DNA from: Haliotis cracherodii
Taxonomy: Eukaryota
NCBI RefSeq assembly: GCF_022045235.1
Contig: NW_027266286.1
Coordinates: 71,610,001-71,674,000, forward strand
Reading direction: 5' to 3'
Length of the DNA: 64,000 nucleotides
In this document: one piece after another, positions 39,345-53,014 of the stretch
How positions within the stretch are numbered: the stretch's first letter is position 1
Layout: each line of letters begins with the position of its first letter
Notes under the pieces: model-generated
Database searches by the model: none
The model's input: the letters and a program-made list of their open reading frames with translations, nothing else
What the model was told of the DNA's origin: nothing
Translations under genes and position numbers: made by a program

Positions 39345-39924
39345 CTCTAAACTAGGTCATTGATATAACACTGACAATTACAACCCTGCAGAATATGACG
39401 TAACAAAATACAGTGGCATTGTTATCATACCAATGTAGCGTATGGCGCATTCTCACGCACACACTGGCTATTGATCTTGTCCAGTAAGCCTGATGTTTGT
39501 CTGCTGACATAAACAGCAACAACTCAGTTAGTGAGTGAGTATGGTTTTACGCCGCTTTTAGCAATATCACGGCGGGGGACACCAGGAATAGACTTCACAA
39601 ACAACTCACAGACAATGATCGGCCCGTTAGACGGGTACAACTAGTACTCCTTAAACCCGGTCATTTTAGACGTTGTTGACGGTGCACTCAGCAGTATTCC
39701 AGCATTGTACGGCGACCTGTACATAAACGAGTCTGCACCAGACAATCCAGTGACTGGTATTATCAGCAACATCCCACGGCGTCGGGGAGCGATAACACAC
39801 ACTCTGACAGGTCACCTGACCACCCAAGGGAGCCTGACCACCCGATCCAGCTAAGGCTGCTTGGGGAACAATTCAAACCACGTCAGTAAATGCAGTTTCC
39901 ATAACAGTAAATAGGAAGAAGTAC

Positions 39925-39949
39925 CTGTCCGAGTCCCCCCCACGGCCAT
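39925..39949 (-). pseudogene. Exon 1 of copy 7 (MAVGGTRT+G)
   Basis: ATGGCCGTGGGGGGGACTCGGACAG|GTAC, phase 1. Confidence 0.6.
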
Positions 39950-40113
39950 GATCTATGTATCAGTAAATGGAAGTGGTATACATACAGTAAGACAGATGTG
40001 TCCGTTGACAATGTTACAGCTGTAAGCTACAAAAAACAATGCGATACCACAATACCATTTTCTTTGAAGGAAAAACAGATTTAGAAATAGATTAACATTG
40101 ATACCAGTGCCGA

Positions 40114-40380
40114 CTGTGAAGATCTGTGGTAGAATAGGTCTTCAGCAACCCATACTTGCCTTAAAAGGCGATTATGCTTGTCGTAAGAGGCGACAAACGG
40201 GATCGGATGGACAGGCTCGCTGACTTGGTTGATGCATGTCATCGATCCCAATTGCGTGGATTGATGCTCATGATGTCAGTCACTGGATTGTCTGGTCCAG
40301 ACTCTATTATTTACAGATCGCCGTCATATAGCTGGAATATTTTTTGAGTGCGGCGTTATACAACAAACAAGCGAAACGAC
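40114..40380 (+). mobile_element. SINE family 1
   Basis: 15-bp TSD tgataccagtgccga at 40099-40113 and 40381-40395. Confidence 0.85.
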
Positions 40381-41279
40381 TGATACCAGTGCCGAGTCAT
40401 CCCGCTGTTGGCTGCAAAAAACAATGTGAAAACGTGATGCTGATTGTTCGTTTAATTACCATTTCTTTTGTGGTAAAACCGGTTATATTGATAGATCCAT
40501 TCAGTAACAGAGCCGAGTTGTATTATTCCCTATTCCAAAAAACATGTTTAAATATGCAGTGGGAATTCTGCCAAGTACAAACACCCATGCAATCTACTTG
40601 TTCGTCGTTAAACCGTCTCTGTTGTGAGCGTCGCCCGAGATCAGAAGCTCGGTAGTTCCATCCACTGGAAGTATCATACTAAAGGACGTTAACAGACAGT
40701 ACTTGCTTTTTACCCTATCTGGCGCTAGGTATTAAGGACTGGGCAGATCGGAGTCGGTAGTTTGATCCACTGGGCGTTCCTGAATAGCACATGATTCGAC
40801 ATTGAATACTAGAAGATGAAGTTGTTATATTTTTGTTAACACGCACATCAAATATACAGTATACTCAAAACATTGTAATGTGTTTGTTATTAGGCTAGTC
40901 GATAATTCATAACTACTGTTTCATAACGTCTGTCAAGGATTATCCTTATCTAATAGTTGTTATAGGACTTAACGTCACGTCCTATCTTCCTGACAAACGT
41001 AGTATGGTGGTCTTTGGTTGCTGGCGATTTATATCTTTATTTTGTGTTGTTGTAAAATAGTTTCCTCTGGTAAATGGTCTCAAACTAGTTTTAACAGACA
41101 AAAAATATGTTGCTAGTTATTGTTGACAGGTCTTAATACATTACTATTAATGTATAACATTTACTTGTCATGCCATGACTGAACTACTGCCAGGGTACTT
41201 TTGTGCCTTCATCCAAGCTTCAGATATTATGTGATAATCGAGTAGAGAGCGGGTGCAATGATAAGTTAAGACTGCATTA

Positions 41280-42545
41280 GATCTCCGATGCCTATTGTCA
41301 TACATCCCAATATGATTAAATCCAACATTCGGTTGTCCAAACGCTTTCCTTGGATACCTTGTATATGACCATTCATAATATACATGTAATACAACACAAT
41401 GCTAACTTTGTACCGCCACACATAAACATTGATTATTCAGTGTATATTATCAATGTTATAATGAAAGTATCATGAACCCACTAGCCGCCATAGGTTCGCT
41501 TTTTGTCCTATTAGAATGACGCCAAAAGTAGCTGCTGCATCAAATAGCACTGTTCTTGAAACAAGTGGTTCCATCACCTTAACTCGACTCGCCTACTGTC
41601 ACTTATATAAAGAAAGACAAATAATGTGCTAAGTTAGTGATGGAATGGCGATACAAACGTCGCTTCAGATACGAAGCTACGACGGCAAGGATGGTCCAAC
41701 CTATTTATCAGAGGACAAATATATAGGATACACTGGATAATCAAAAATGTGTCGGGAATTGATATAGAAGGAGACTGAACCATTGTGTGGGGCAATACTA
41801 TCCCATGTCCTATCGTATATGAAGAATATATACCCGAAGGCCCTTGACTTATTAAACCACTTGGAATAAGAATAAAGCCCACCATTTCGGATGCAAATAT
41901 TAACCTTACAATTATATCTCCCACTCAGACTGTGTATTCTTCTCTGTGGCAGTAAATAAAGCCACAGGTCGATCTGACGCTAACCAAAGTAAAGAAATCG
42001 GATACAAATCAGTTAATTTATAAGCTAGAACATACCGAGTAAAGAAGCACTTATAGAACTTACAAATCCATAGATACAGACGGATCCAAGAATGGTGGAG
42101 CATTAGATCCAAAACAATATCATCAAGAGTACCAGAAGACAGTTCAGTTTTTAAGCAGAATCAAACAGCTCTCAAATATATAAACACTCAATCTAAACAT
42201 AAAGAGTTCATGATATTTTCTTACTTCCTTTCCTGACTTCAGGTCATTAAGAATATGTCCCGTCAACATCAACGTCCACGTAAAAATACAGAATAATACA
42301 ATAACCTTGCTACTGGCAAATATGACATTGTCTTTTTCTTGGGTACGAAGCCATGTTGGAATCATTGGTCATCAACAAATCTAGGACAACATTTCTAATT
42401 TCATACTGCGATAATGTGATTAGGTGTAACATCAGAGATCTAATGTAAAAGAAGTGGGACACCCAAGTAGGTATTAACAAATTATATCAAATTTGTTAAC
42501 AACAAACAGGCTACAATTACTTGGGTTGTCAGTCTAGGTTTGAAG
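41280..42545 (+). mobile_element. Decayed RNase H-bearing LINE (I-group-like) fragment
   Basis: Broken frames PLGIRIKP..PQVDLTLTKVKKSDTN..DTDGSK; homologous to 54520-55260. Confidence 0.65.
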
Positions 42546-42559
42546 AAGATCTGTAGGAA

Positions 42560-43490
42560 TGCGTACTGCAGACGTTACATTTGTGTGTATTTTAGGTCAG
42601 TACAACGTTCGAGGAAGTGTTACAATGCAACTGGAGTAACCACTGATCGTCCGAGAAGTGGACGTCGACGGGTGACAACACCAGCTGAAGGTCGCTATAT
42701 TGTGACGTCACATTTACGCAATCGTTTTCTACCAGCAACAGTTACTGCCTAGACCACTCAAGGAACTCATAACAACAGAACCTGTGCTCAAATTGTTCGC
42801 ATTCGGCTACGACGGCAGGGTCTGAGAGCCAGGAGGCCATACGTTGGGTCAGTTCGTCAACGTCAACGTTGAGCGTGAGCTCGTGCATATCTGCGTTGGA
42901 CTCGGCGTACCTGACAGGGTGTGTTCTTTAGTTATAAATCCCGTTTTTCACTCTCCAGAGGTGACGGTCGACATCGGAGTTACAGACGGATGAGTGAACG
43001 TTGTGTTGACGCTTGTGCTGGATCTGTAATGGTTTGGGCATCACACGGGACTTCCAGCAGGCTAACCACGTGGATGTCATGCTTTTGCCAACCAAAAGTC
43101 AGGACATGAATCCAATTTAACATTTGAGGGAGTCTTTGACAGACGTGTAAGACAACGTCAGAATCGGCATCAGAACATCCGGGAACTTGAAACTGCCTTG
43201 TTTGCGGAATTTTAATAACATTCCACAACAAGAAATTTAGACATTAGTGACGTTAATGAGACGCCGATACAGAGTCTGATTGATGCAGACGGTGGCCACA
43301 CACGGTTCTGACTTTCCACTTTAACGTCAGCCACATCGTTCCACGGATGTTTCAGTGACTGATTTCTGTTAATATCTACTCACAAAGCAGTGCATGCTAT
43401 GGACTATTATATCATAGTTTACATCACCATGACAATGAAATATAATTTTGATTTTAAAAAGTCCGACGTTTCTTTTTTGTTCAGCATAGT
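42560..43490 (+). mobile_element. Decayed Tc1/mariner transposon
   Basis: TGVTTDRPRSGRRRVTT..LRNRFLPAT; F.Y.SRF..GDGR; GSVMVW; GGHT. Confidence 0.8.
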
Positions 43491-43494
43491 TATA

Positions 43495-43640
43495 GTGAGT
43501 GTGTGAGTTTGGTTTTACGCCGCTTTTAGCAATATTCCAGCAACATCACGGCTTCACACATTGTACCCATGTCGGGAATCGAACACGGGTCTTAGGCGTG
43601 ACGAGCGAACGCTTTAACCATTAGGCTACCCGACCGCCCC
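43495..43640 (-). mobile_element. tRNA-derived SINE family 2
   Basis: Reverse complement of 38880-39044. Confidence 0.8.
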
Positions 43641-45309
43641 TTATATAGATATACAATGGAACGTTTCTTTATTAAGGTATACTTTGGTTGACAACTACTG
43701 TTATGCATGCACGGCTGCTCAAACAACTACCCAGTGTTATAGCCCCACGTTTGCAACAGTCCTTTCAATGCCTCAACATAAATTGTACAAAGGTCAGTGT
43801 GAATATATATATTTATTCGTGTTTGTTATCTGATATCATATTTTCGAAATTATCTGCCAGAGTTATAATGCGAGAAAGATATATCGTGAACGTCTTATTT
43901 TATTAGATGCCACTCAGAACAAGGATAGGTTTAGAAATAGAAACAGTGAGTTTGAGAATTTAAAAAAAAATCTTTTGGAAACTTGTTGCTTTGGAAATGC
44001 AAACACGAAACATTGAAACGTCATAGAACAAACCAGATGACGTCAAAATCTGACTCCCTATGACGTCACCTAACAACGGGCGTGATAGTGGCCCGTCGTC
44101 AAGCAATATGAGGTCGTTATCAAGTTACAGTGGCCCGCTCATTTCTGATAACATGCGGGCGGTTTAATGATAATTTTATCCATTTTAGCTATAAATGTTA
44201 TTGTTCCACAGATGAGCTGTGTATGGCTTGTACAACATGTTGGTGACGAAAAGCTCTTTATATGTACAATTGTGCCAACAGCTACAGATATTTATATTCA
44301 AAACTGGCACCAGTCAATATGTACTTCAAACTGTTTATCACATTATTCAGATAACAGAGCATCATTTGAAACATAAATGTACATCACAAAGTTACATGAT
44401 AAGGCGTTAGTTAGGGTATTTTACAAATTTAACTTTAATGTTAATAATATCGGTAAATTATATTGTGTTGATCAGTAAGCTGCCATACGTAGGAATTTTG
44501 ATTCTGGTGAGACTGAATATAAAGTGAATGTATTGTTTATTTGTACTTTGTTTACACATTTACGAATATATATTTACCCAATCTCAGATGTACCAATGGT
44601 TACAGACAATGGTGAATGTATTAAATTAGAACAATATTAACCATATTCACTGTTTAGTTTTGTTTCTTAAACGTGTTCCTTTATACTAAATGTAGTAAAT
44701 CTTAATATTTCTTGCAACTATTTCCACAAGACAAATTAATCTATCATTTTCATTGTACTGTGAGCCATTTGCCTTTCGCTACTAAATAAAATGTCTGTGT
44801 GTCTTTAATTTTATAAGGAAGGTCAAATTTAATATGTCCTCTTCATATTTTAAGGAAACTGCTCTGAAATACTTATAGAATGAAGCCATACAAATTTGCT
44901 TTTCACTGTTCAGCGATAGGGCAGTATTGAGAGAGCGTCATACGAAGGATGTCATACACTTGCCAAGAGAATGTAATCTGGTTTTCATCCTGTCTTGTGT
45001 GTGTCTATGGCCATGGACACGCTTATCCAAACGCAAAATTTCAATTTTCTTTGTGTCTAAATCAGCCTGAAAGACCATATGTTCCTTTCATACGAATAAC
45101 TTCACATGATCCCGGAACGCCACGTCTCAAATCCAAGACGACTACTTTCAAGTAAGGTGCTATGGACAGATAAATCATAATCGGTGATAATCTCAGATTT
45201 GGAAAATTAAAAAGGCTTTCTGGCACAAAAAGGGCGCAACTCAATGGAATTTTATCGGAAAACATAATTTGTAGCAGAGATTGCTTGGAAGAAAAATAGA
45301 TTGGTTACG

Positions 45310-45310
<1 letters not shown>

Positions 45311-45367
<57 letters not shown>

Positions 45368-45405
45368 ACCCACACTCTATTTCTCTCTCTCACTCACTCA
45401 CTCAT
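45311..45405. repeat. (CA)n microsatellite
   Basis: Read directly from the sequence. Confidence 0.9.
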
Positions 45406-45736
45406 TAAGCAAAAAATAGCATATGCATGAACAATTCAACTTTCTCAAAAACAGATTTTAATTCACATTTCTGCAAACGACAGACACGTTAAAATCGAAA
45501 ATATATTTATTTCCCAAATATTATTTAAACTGGCGAAAATGTAAGTTCGTACATCACATATGGTATTGATATCAGTCACAAGAATTAAGTATTGATCAGT
45601 TTGTGTACAGTTTTTATAGTCAAACATCCATTATAGTGTTTATAGGTGATTCATATGGCACTGCTGAGAGACCAATCTCGACCTTATGACGGCCATCTAC
45701 AATAAAAACATTTGCGAAATAAATACTGGTGTGTTT

Positions 45737-46359
45737 TCAAATTTGAACACAGCATATTTCACAACCAGATGTTTTAGGTATGCCTCCTGAGCTACTGCCT
45801 CTCCCCATCACATCAGTTTCAGTCAGATCCAGACCTTTTATGTTCACTTCATTCGTATAGAACACTTCAACCCACACTTTGTCCTGGCGGAGCGTTTTAT
45901 ACGTGCCCCCTTCCTTCCTCAGAAATACGTTCTGCTTTTTGTCCAGACGAACGAGGTGTTCCCGACAGAAACGATCTGCTTCTGAATCACGCTCTGTCAG
46001 GACCAATGTGACGTAGTGGTTATCACTTTGACCTGACATACAGTAAAAATCCGCGAAGTACAGCCTGGCTGACCTATCAAAGACTCGCTCCAGGGGAACC
46101 TTCACTCTGGTGTCTCCATATGGTGATTTAGTTGGTAGACGACGGTTCCACAGCGTCACCCCGAAGAACACACCTTCATGTTTCCCGTTTATGGGGCAGC
46201 GTGGATCTCCTCCGTTGTCCTTCATTTGTGGTGTCATGATGTTGTTTTGAAGTTGGGTGAAATAGTCGCCGGGTTTATTGCGGTAAAGACCATCCACTTC
46301 GTCGAAATACCTGCTGGAACAATGCTTTTCGGCCTTCTCGAGTAGTGTTTCAAGATAAT
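45737..46359 (-). CDS. PHYHIPL: PHYHIP-like protein, copy 8 (most divergent), exon 2; ~216 aa with exon 1
   Basis: Acceptor ttattgcag|ATTAT at 46360-46361; DYLETLLEKAEKH..LYRNKPGDYF..SPYGDTR..LYFADFYCM..HYVTLVL..EVFYT..CEIC. Confidence 0.88.
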
Positions 46360-47768
46360 CTGCAATAAATAATATTTACCATCAATGCCTATAAGATGTA
46401 ACAAAGAATCGTCCATATTGATTATATCTGCTACTGTTTTTATGTTACCAGTACAACATTAGATTCGAGTGTTAAGAAACTATTTCTGTTCATCAAGTAT
46501 ACGCGACGCAGAATACGCAGTAACCCAGACGCTCACACCTAGACTTAGCTCCTCCGCTTGGGGTCGCTGCTCTCCTTTCCAGGAACAACGGAAACCAGTC
46601 AAGCGTAGCTATTAAGCATAGCCAAGTAAAGCTGGCGCTGGTTGCCCCTGGTATTGCTTGCAATCCACCTGAAAGCAACCCAAAACTGGGACACTTTGGC
46701 GGTTGCTGTGTATCTGGCGTACACTCTCCGCCCGAGAACATCCCACAGATGCTCTAACAAATATCAGGGGGGCATAGCGGGCCAGTTCAATGTCGCCCGA
46801 GAACATCCCACAGATGCTCTAACAAATATCAGGGGGGCATAGCGGGCCAGTTCAATGTCACTATGACTTCTCGTAGGAGTCCTGGGCACGCATTCTGCCG
46901 ATAGTGAACGTAACGAACGGACGCAAAATGTCGTCAACATATCGCTTGAGAAAGAGTCTCACGTATATTCTTCCCGGTGACTGTGTTTCTCGAGATGCAA
47001 ATACACATCTATGCGATCCACATTACCTATTTGCGAATCACGGCTTGAAGATTATCGCACTTCATAACAACGTTCATATAACCTTCACAACTGAAAATTA
47101 TTGCTATCGGGCACAGTGTAAAGGAATCTCCGAGNNNNNNNNNNNNNNNNNNNNNNNNNNNNNNNNNNNNNNNNNNNNNNNNNNNNNNNNNNNNNNNNNN
47201 NNNNNNNNNNNNNNNNNNNNNNNNNNNNNNNNNNNNNNNNNNNNNNNNNNNNNNNNNNNNNNNNNNNNNNNNNNNNNNNNNNNNNNNNNNNNNNNNNNNN
47301 NNNNNNNNNNNNNNNNNNNNNNNNNNNNNNNNNNNNNNNNNNNNNNNNNNNNNNNNNNNNNNNNNNNNNNNNNNNNNNNNNNNNNNNNNNNNNNNNNNNN
47401 NNNNNNNNNNNNNNNNNNNNNNNNNNNNNNNNNNNNNNNNNNNNNNNNNTCAAAACTGTTCTTGTTATCAATAGATAATTTCGTACAACAGAAGTATAAG
47501 AGGAAGACGAATTCCAACACCTACCGTTAAAAACCAGCTATATGTAGCCCACCTAAAAGCAAGTACAGGTTCCAGGATATGCATATTAACAAAATGATTG
47601 TTGGTGGATAGTAAAGAGAACTAGCCCAGCTGAGAAGGGCAATCGACTCCGGTGAATGCTTCAGATCACATGCAGTAAACGTAATGTAAAGGAAGGTTCG
47701 GCATATTATACGAGACCACAGTGCGTTCTCTCCTTTGTCGAAGCAGTAATGAGTACTATCATATATAC

Positions 47769-47796
47769 CTGGTACAGCGCTTGATCCCTCTGCCAT
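47769..47796 (-). CDS. Exon 1 of copy 8 (MAEGSSAVP+G)
   Basis: ATGGCAGAGGGATCAAGCGCTGTACCAG|GTATAT; joins exon 2 in frame (G|AT = Asp). Confidence 0.72.
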
Positions 47797-50700
47797 GTTG
47801 AAAGGTGTAGCTGGTTTAATGCTGATGTCACATGCACGTTTTATCTACCTGCATTAATACGTTGGCACTATAAATACTGTATGACGTGTTGGTGGACCAT
47901 CCAGATTAGTTATACCTAGGCTGTAATTTCGTTGACGTGTTATCTTCTTGAGCATTTATCACATGCATTCTGTGATGACTTCATACTAAGAGTTCTAGGT
48001 CTTGTTCACGTATCAAACAATACATTCAACACCAACGACAGCCTCCGTGGTGTAGTGGATAGAGCGTCTGCCCGGAGAGCGGAAGGTTGGTGGTTAGTTC
48101 CCCGGCCGCGTCATACCAAAAGACTTTAACATACTTGCTTGTTGTTACCCTGCCTGGCGCTCAGCGTTAAGGGGATAAAAAAAAGTACTTGGTCGGCTCT
48201 GAGTCAGTATACTGTGTCTGTGGGGGTATTCATGTTTAAACTACGGCATGGGCTGGCATGAAATACGCTTTAGTCCAAACTAATACAGCAACGTCCCAAT
48301 ATAACCTTGAACGCGACGTTCAACCCCATTTCTCCCCACATTCCACACCAACAAACGTTTTATGTACATACTAAAGGGATTGTTGTTTTGTGTGTAAATA
48401 ACAGATATTTCAGATAAGACATTAACAAGATCTATGTCTAAATGTCTTAAGCATATATCACCGAGTGGATTTCATGCAAGTTTTGTTACCGTCAATATGT
48501 ATAATGCTATTGACAAGAATTCAAATTCAGGGTTATTTAAAACTCTTATCTGCAGTCCACCAGATGACTTGATAAGCCCACGTTTGCAATCGGAAGGTCT
48601 TGCCTCCGTAGTCTTGTGTAATCATGTCCTTTCAATAGTTTCGTTGATTATAGAACAGGCGACGGATCAAGATGTTGCTCCTGTGTTGTCAGTATCATGT
48701 GTGAAATATGTTATACATTGCTCTTTTACAACCTGCGGTGGTTTATTGGGAAACATAAACTTTTGAAGTTACGGATAGGTTGCTTCAACACTACTCCCAA
48801 TTATATATTGCCCATTTCATATTCAAGGCAATGACCATCAATGTACTCATTGGATAAACATTAATTATGTATAACTAGAATTACGTCTGGTTAATAATGG
48901 GCTACTGGTGAATGAGGTCACATCAGAGAGCTGCACCGAAGAGATACCCATCTATTGTAGAGTTGATACTTTCCCACAGTCTGCGCTGTGTTGATGTTGG
49001 TCTCGGAGTTGCTCATTGGTTACCACGAGTTTTCAGGCATTTCTTATCACATCCCCTTATTCAATGGCATTTGCATTAATGGATCGGGTGGTAATGCTCT
49101 TCCCAACAGACTGCACATAAACGCGATGCAGTGGTTGTTCGTATAGCCTCTAATTGGATGACAGCGTGACAGCGATAACCTCTGAACGACCACTGCATCG
49201 AGGTTATGTGATGTGTGTTGAGTCAGCAACCCTGCAGAGTCCTTCGCTTGGATCAAGTCGGCTGGCCTGAAAAGTGAAACAGAAAATATTTGGACATGGA
49301 GGTTTACTCCATCATCACAGAACAGAGGAAGGATCTAGAGTCTTTCTTCCTTACGTTCACACGAGAGGTCACCGTGACTCAATCGATGAATTTGATCCAA
49401 TGGATTTGCAGAGGACTTTTAATGACATTCAATTATTAGTTCAAGATAATAAACCGTCAGCATTTTGTCTCCAAGAGACATATCTTAAGCAAACAGATAC
49501 CTATGACCTACGTCAGTATAATATTTTTCATATTCTTCTCCAGGTGACAAAGCGACTGGAGGCTGTACTTTTTCAGTCAGGCAGGATGTCATTCATAGTA
49601 CTGTACATCTGATAACTAACCTTCAAGCCCTTCATACCCGCTTACTTTGCACATTGCATTCACTTGTCCTGTTTGTATGTTCCACCTTCATCTGCACTTC
49701 GACAATCTGATCTCCAGAATCTATTTGATCAGCTCCTAAAGCCATGCAACATAATGGGCGGTTTAAATATCATGTGCCTAAAATATAAAAGCTGTCAATG
49801 TTATAAAAGTACCCGATCCCATCAAGTTGTTGTCAAGTGAACTCAATGATATTGCTGACCAAACAATTACGAAGTCCTCTGCAAATCCTCATGTTCGTAA
49901 ACCATGGTTTAATAATGAATGCAAACATCCCCAAACATCCTACAATTCATAACATGAATAATGTCAAGGAAAAACTTCGGGCAGAGTACAAATGTAGACT
50001 TAAGAAAATCTGGAGTTCAGAGCTGAACGCTCGCAATAAAGTCAAAGCCACAAATACTTTTGCTGTGCACGTCCTTTCGTATTCTTTTGGTGTTGTTGAT
50101 TGGACGAAACAAGAAATTCAGGGTACTGACACCCTCACACGAAGAATCATGTCCGACAATAGATCCAACCACCCTCGCTCTTCCCTCAATCGCTTATATT
50201 TACCAAGTATGATGGGAGGGGGTGGTTTGATTAATTCGGAGGCGCTTCATTATAGAACTGTTTTGTGCACTTTTGCACACATTTATTTGTCTGATAATCC
50301 TCTTGTGAAGCATGTCAAGGCTCATGATGAATACAAGGTATTTCACAGTTTCCTAAAACGAGCCAAGGACATAATCTCAATGTCGGTGTTGATTTTGTTG
50401 ATGGTTCTGTACTGCTGGACGGTACAGAAATGAGTGTCAACCAAGCGAAGTGCCATATCAAGTCGGCCCAGATTCAGTTTTTCAAGTAGAGGCTTTCTGA
50501 ACGACCACTACATCGAGTTTATGTGCAGTGTGTTGTGAAGATCAGCAATCCTGCAGAGTCCTCCACTTGGATTAACTTGTCTGGCCTGAAAAGTGAAGCA
50601 GAAGGCTTTCTGTTTGCTGCTCAGGACCAGTCACTTCCCACTCGAAACCGTCAATGTGTGATTTTGCATCAAAATGTAGATTATGTAATGAATTGAATGG

Positions 50701-50880
50701 GACTGTCTAACACATTGGGAGTGGATGCCCAGCTTTGGCACAGACACAGTATCTTAAGCGACATGATGGGATGGCGCGATCATTTTATTACCGTCTTCGC
50801 CATGCTTGTGGTTTTGACACAGAGGTCCATCCATGGTACGACCCGGAATATGTAGAGGGCGTCATTGAAAAGGATAAAAA

Positions 50881-53014
50881 TACTAAACCAAATTAAAAAC
50901 TTCACAATCCTAAAATTTTAACATTTTGACCAGTTATCATTGTTGGCCCTTATTGTGTATTTAAACAGTAATGGCCACGTATTGTCTTCAGATAACACCC
51001 GTTTTTGTGCAGGTGAATCGATCAAAATCATGTGCACAGCACAAAAGTGGCAAAAGTGGTTTTTCACTTGCAACTGGTCACGTAGCCATAATACCGCACG
51101 TGTTTTCAGCCATACCTGCTAGCAGTCATTAACAAAAAAAAGAAAAACACAAGAAAACAAAAGTCTTTACGGCCATTTGTCATGCCACGCCTTTCAAATG
51201 TGCAACGTGAACGTGCCATCGGCATGTTGCAAACGGGAACGTCCGTAGCTGAAGTCGCAAGGACGATGGGTTGTAGTCGACGGACTGTTTATGATTTACA
51301 GACGCGTCTACAGCAAACGGGTACCACCGCTGATCGCCCTCGGCCAGGTCGACCACGTGTGACGTCACATGCAGAGGATCGTCAGATTGTCTTACGTCAA
51401 CTCCGTAACCGATTTTTGACGGCTACATCAACCAGAAATGAACTGTTTAGGGGTAGACTGAGTGCGCAAACTGTTCGAAACCGTCTGAGAACTGCTCACC
51501 TTCAAGCACGACGGCCATACTGCGGGCCGATTCTGACTCCATTGCACAGACGTCAACGTCAATTGTGGGCACAGTGGCACTTATGATGGATTCAGAGATA
51601 TTGGAATCAAGTCGTATTCAGTGATGAATCCCAATTTAAAGGGGAAGTGTACACGCAAAAATCACTTTCTTTCTTTTTCTAAACAAAACGCAATTTTAGA
51701 ATTAGTTAGTATCTGTGTTTGAAAATATACACTCATTTTTTTTCACAGTGAAAGTAGGAAGCTCACAATAGTGTGAAAGTGATATGCCGTTATGAGGCCT
51801 TCGTTTTACGAGCGAAAAAGGCCTGAGTTATCCCCCTTAGATTATGACGTAATTGGTGCCAATTCAACTGGGTCCCTGTCTATTCTCAACGCAAAAGATA
51901 TCAAGGACCAGTTTGCGGTAAAACAACATGGTCTACGACACACTCCGGCGCAGTGGTGTCTCAGCATAACACAATTCTGGCTGGCATCTGAGATGCTAGA
52001 ATCACAAAACTGTACCTACCCCACGTGAAGCGGCTCTAACAAAGCATGATGACGTCATAATGTTTATCAATTGGCACCAATGACGTCATATTGCAAGGGG
52101 CATAAGCCATGGTGTTTTTGTTATGGAAATAGAACACTTGGTAAATGTGAAAAATATGAATCGTTTTAGTGCAAAAAATATGTTTATTAAATATGATGTT
52201 TTTATATTTTTGTCTATGACACTTCTATGTTAACACTTTTAATGTGGAAAAAGTACAAGAAAAAATGGTTCATTTCCGTGTGAACTTGCCCTTTAATCAT
52301 CAATTTGCTGATGATAGGGCGAGGGTGTGGAGGCGCCGTCATGAACGTTACGCCCAGTGTTGTGTACAGGAAGTTGACAGATTTTGAGGCGGAAGTGTCA
52401 TGATGTGGGGTGCTTTCTGTGGCAATGCACGTTCCAGGCTTCTTGTCATCCGTGGCAACCTCAACGCTACTGCTTACCGCGACCAGGTACTGGCACCAGA
52501 ACTTCTGCCTTTTATAGCAGCACATGGACCCGGTTTGATCTTCCAACACGACAATGCCAAACCACACACAGCAATTGTGACAAGGAATTTCCTTCAGAAT
52601 GCGGGAGTCAACGTCATGGACTGGCCGTCAAGGTCTCCCGACCTCAATCCCATCGAACACGTCTGTTATGCACTTGGCAGAAGTCTGCGCACTGTCCAGA
52701 ACCAACCACAGAATTTGCAAGATCTTGGCACCATTTTGCAGCAGCAATGGTGTCGTCTTCCCAAAAATGTGTTCACAAGCATCACAAGGTCCATGCGGAG
52801 GCGTTGTGTGGCACGCTACTAAACTTGTGATTTAAACTGTTGATGTTATTACCGAATACCGTAGGTGCTTGGAACAAATTATGGTTACCACCGTTAATTT
52901 AAATCCTTCTTTGGACATTAATGATTATAAAATACCTTCTCTGATACATTTGTCCGTTGTATATCATATATGGGATTACTTTTAAAAATGTGAAGTTTTT
53001 AATTGGACTCAGTA
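50881..53014 (+). mobile_element. Tc1/mariner DNA transposon, near full length
   Basis: TIRs tact..caattaaaaacttcaca; transposase 51182-52822 with HTH, FSDES, QHDNA and SPDLNPIEH, carrying stops. Confidence 0.88.
51640..52292. mobile_element. Non-autonomous TIR element with TTAA TSD (Kolobok/piggyBac-type MITE)
   Basis: TTAA at 51636-51639 and 52293-52296; TIRs aggggaagtgtacacg / cgtgtgaacttgccct. Confidence 0.8.

Noticed and set aside
41634-42365. Hydrophobic minus-strand ORFs resembling membrane proteins
   Set aside because: Antisense frames of a decayed plus-strand LINE
46904-47530. ORFs spanning N runs
   Set aside because: Open only because N codons hide stops
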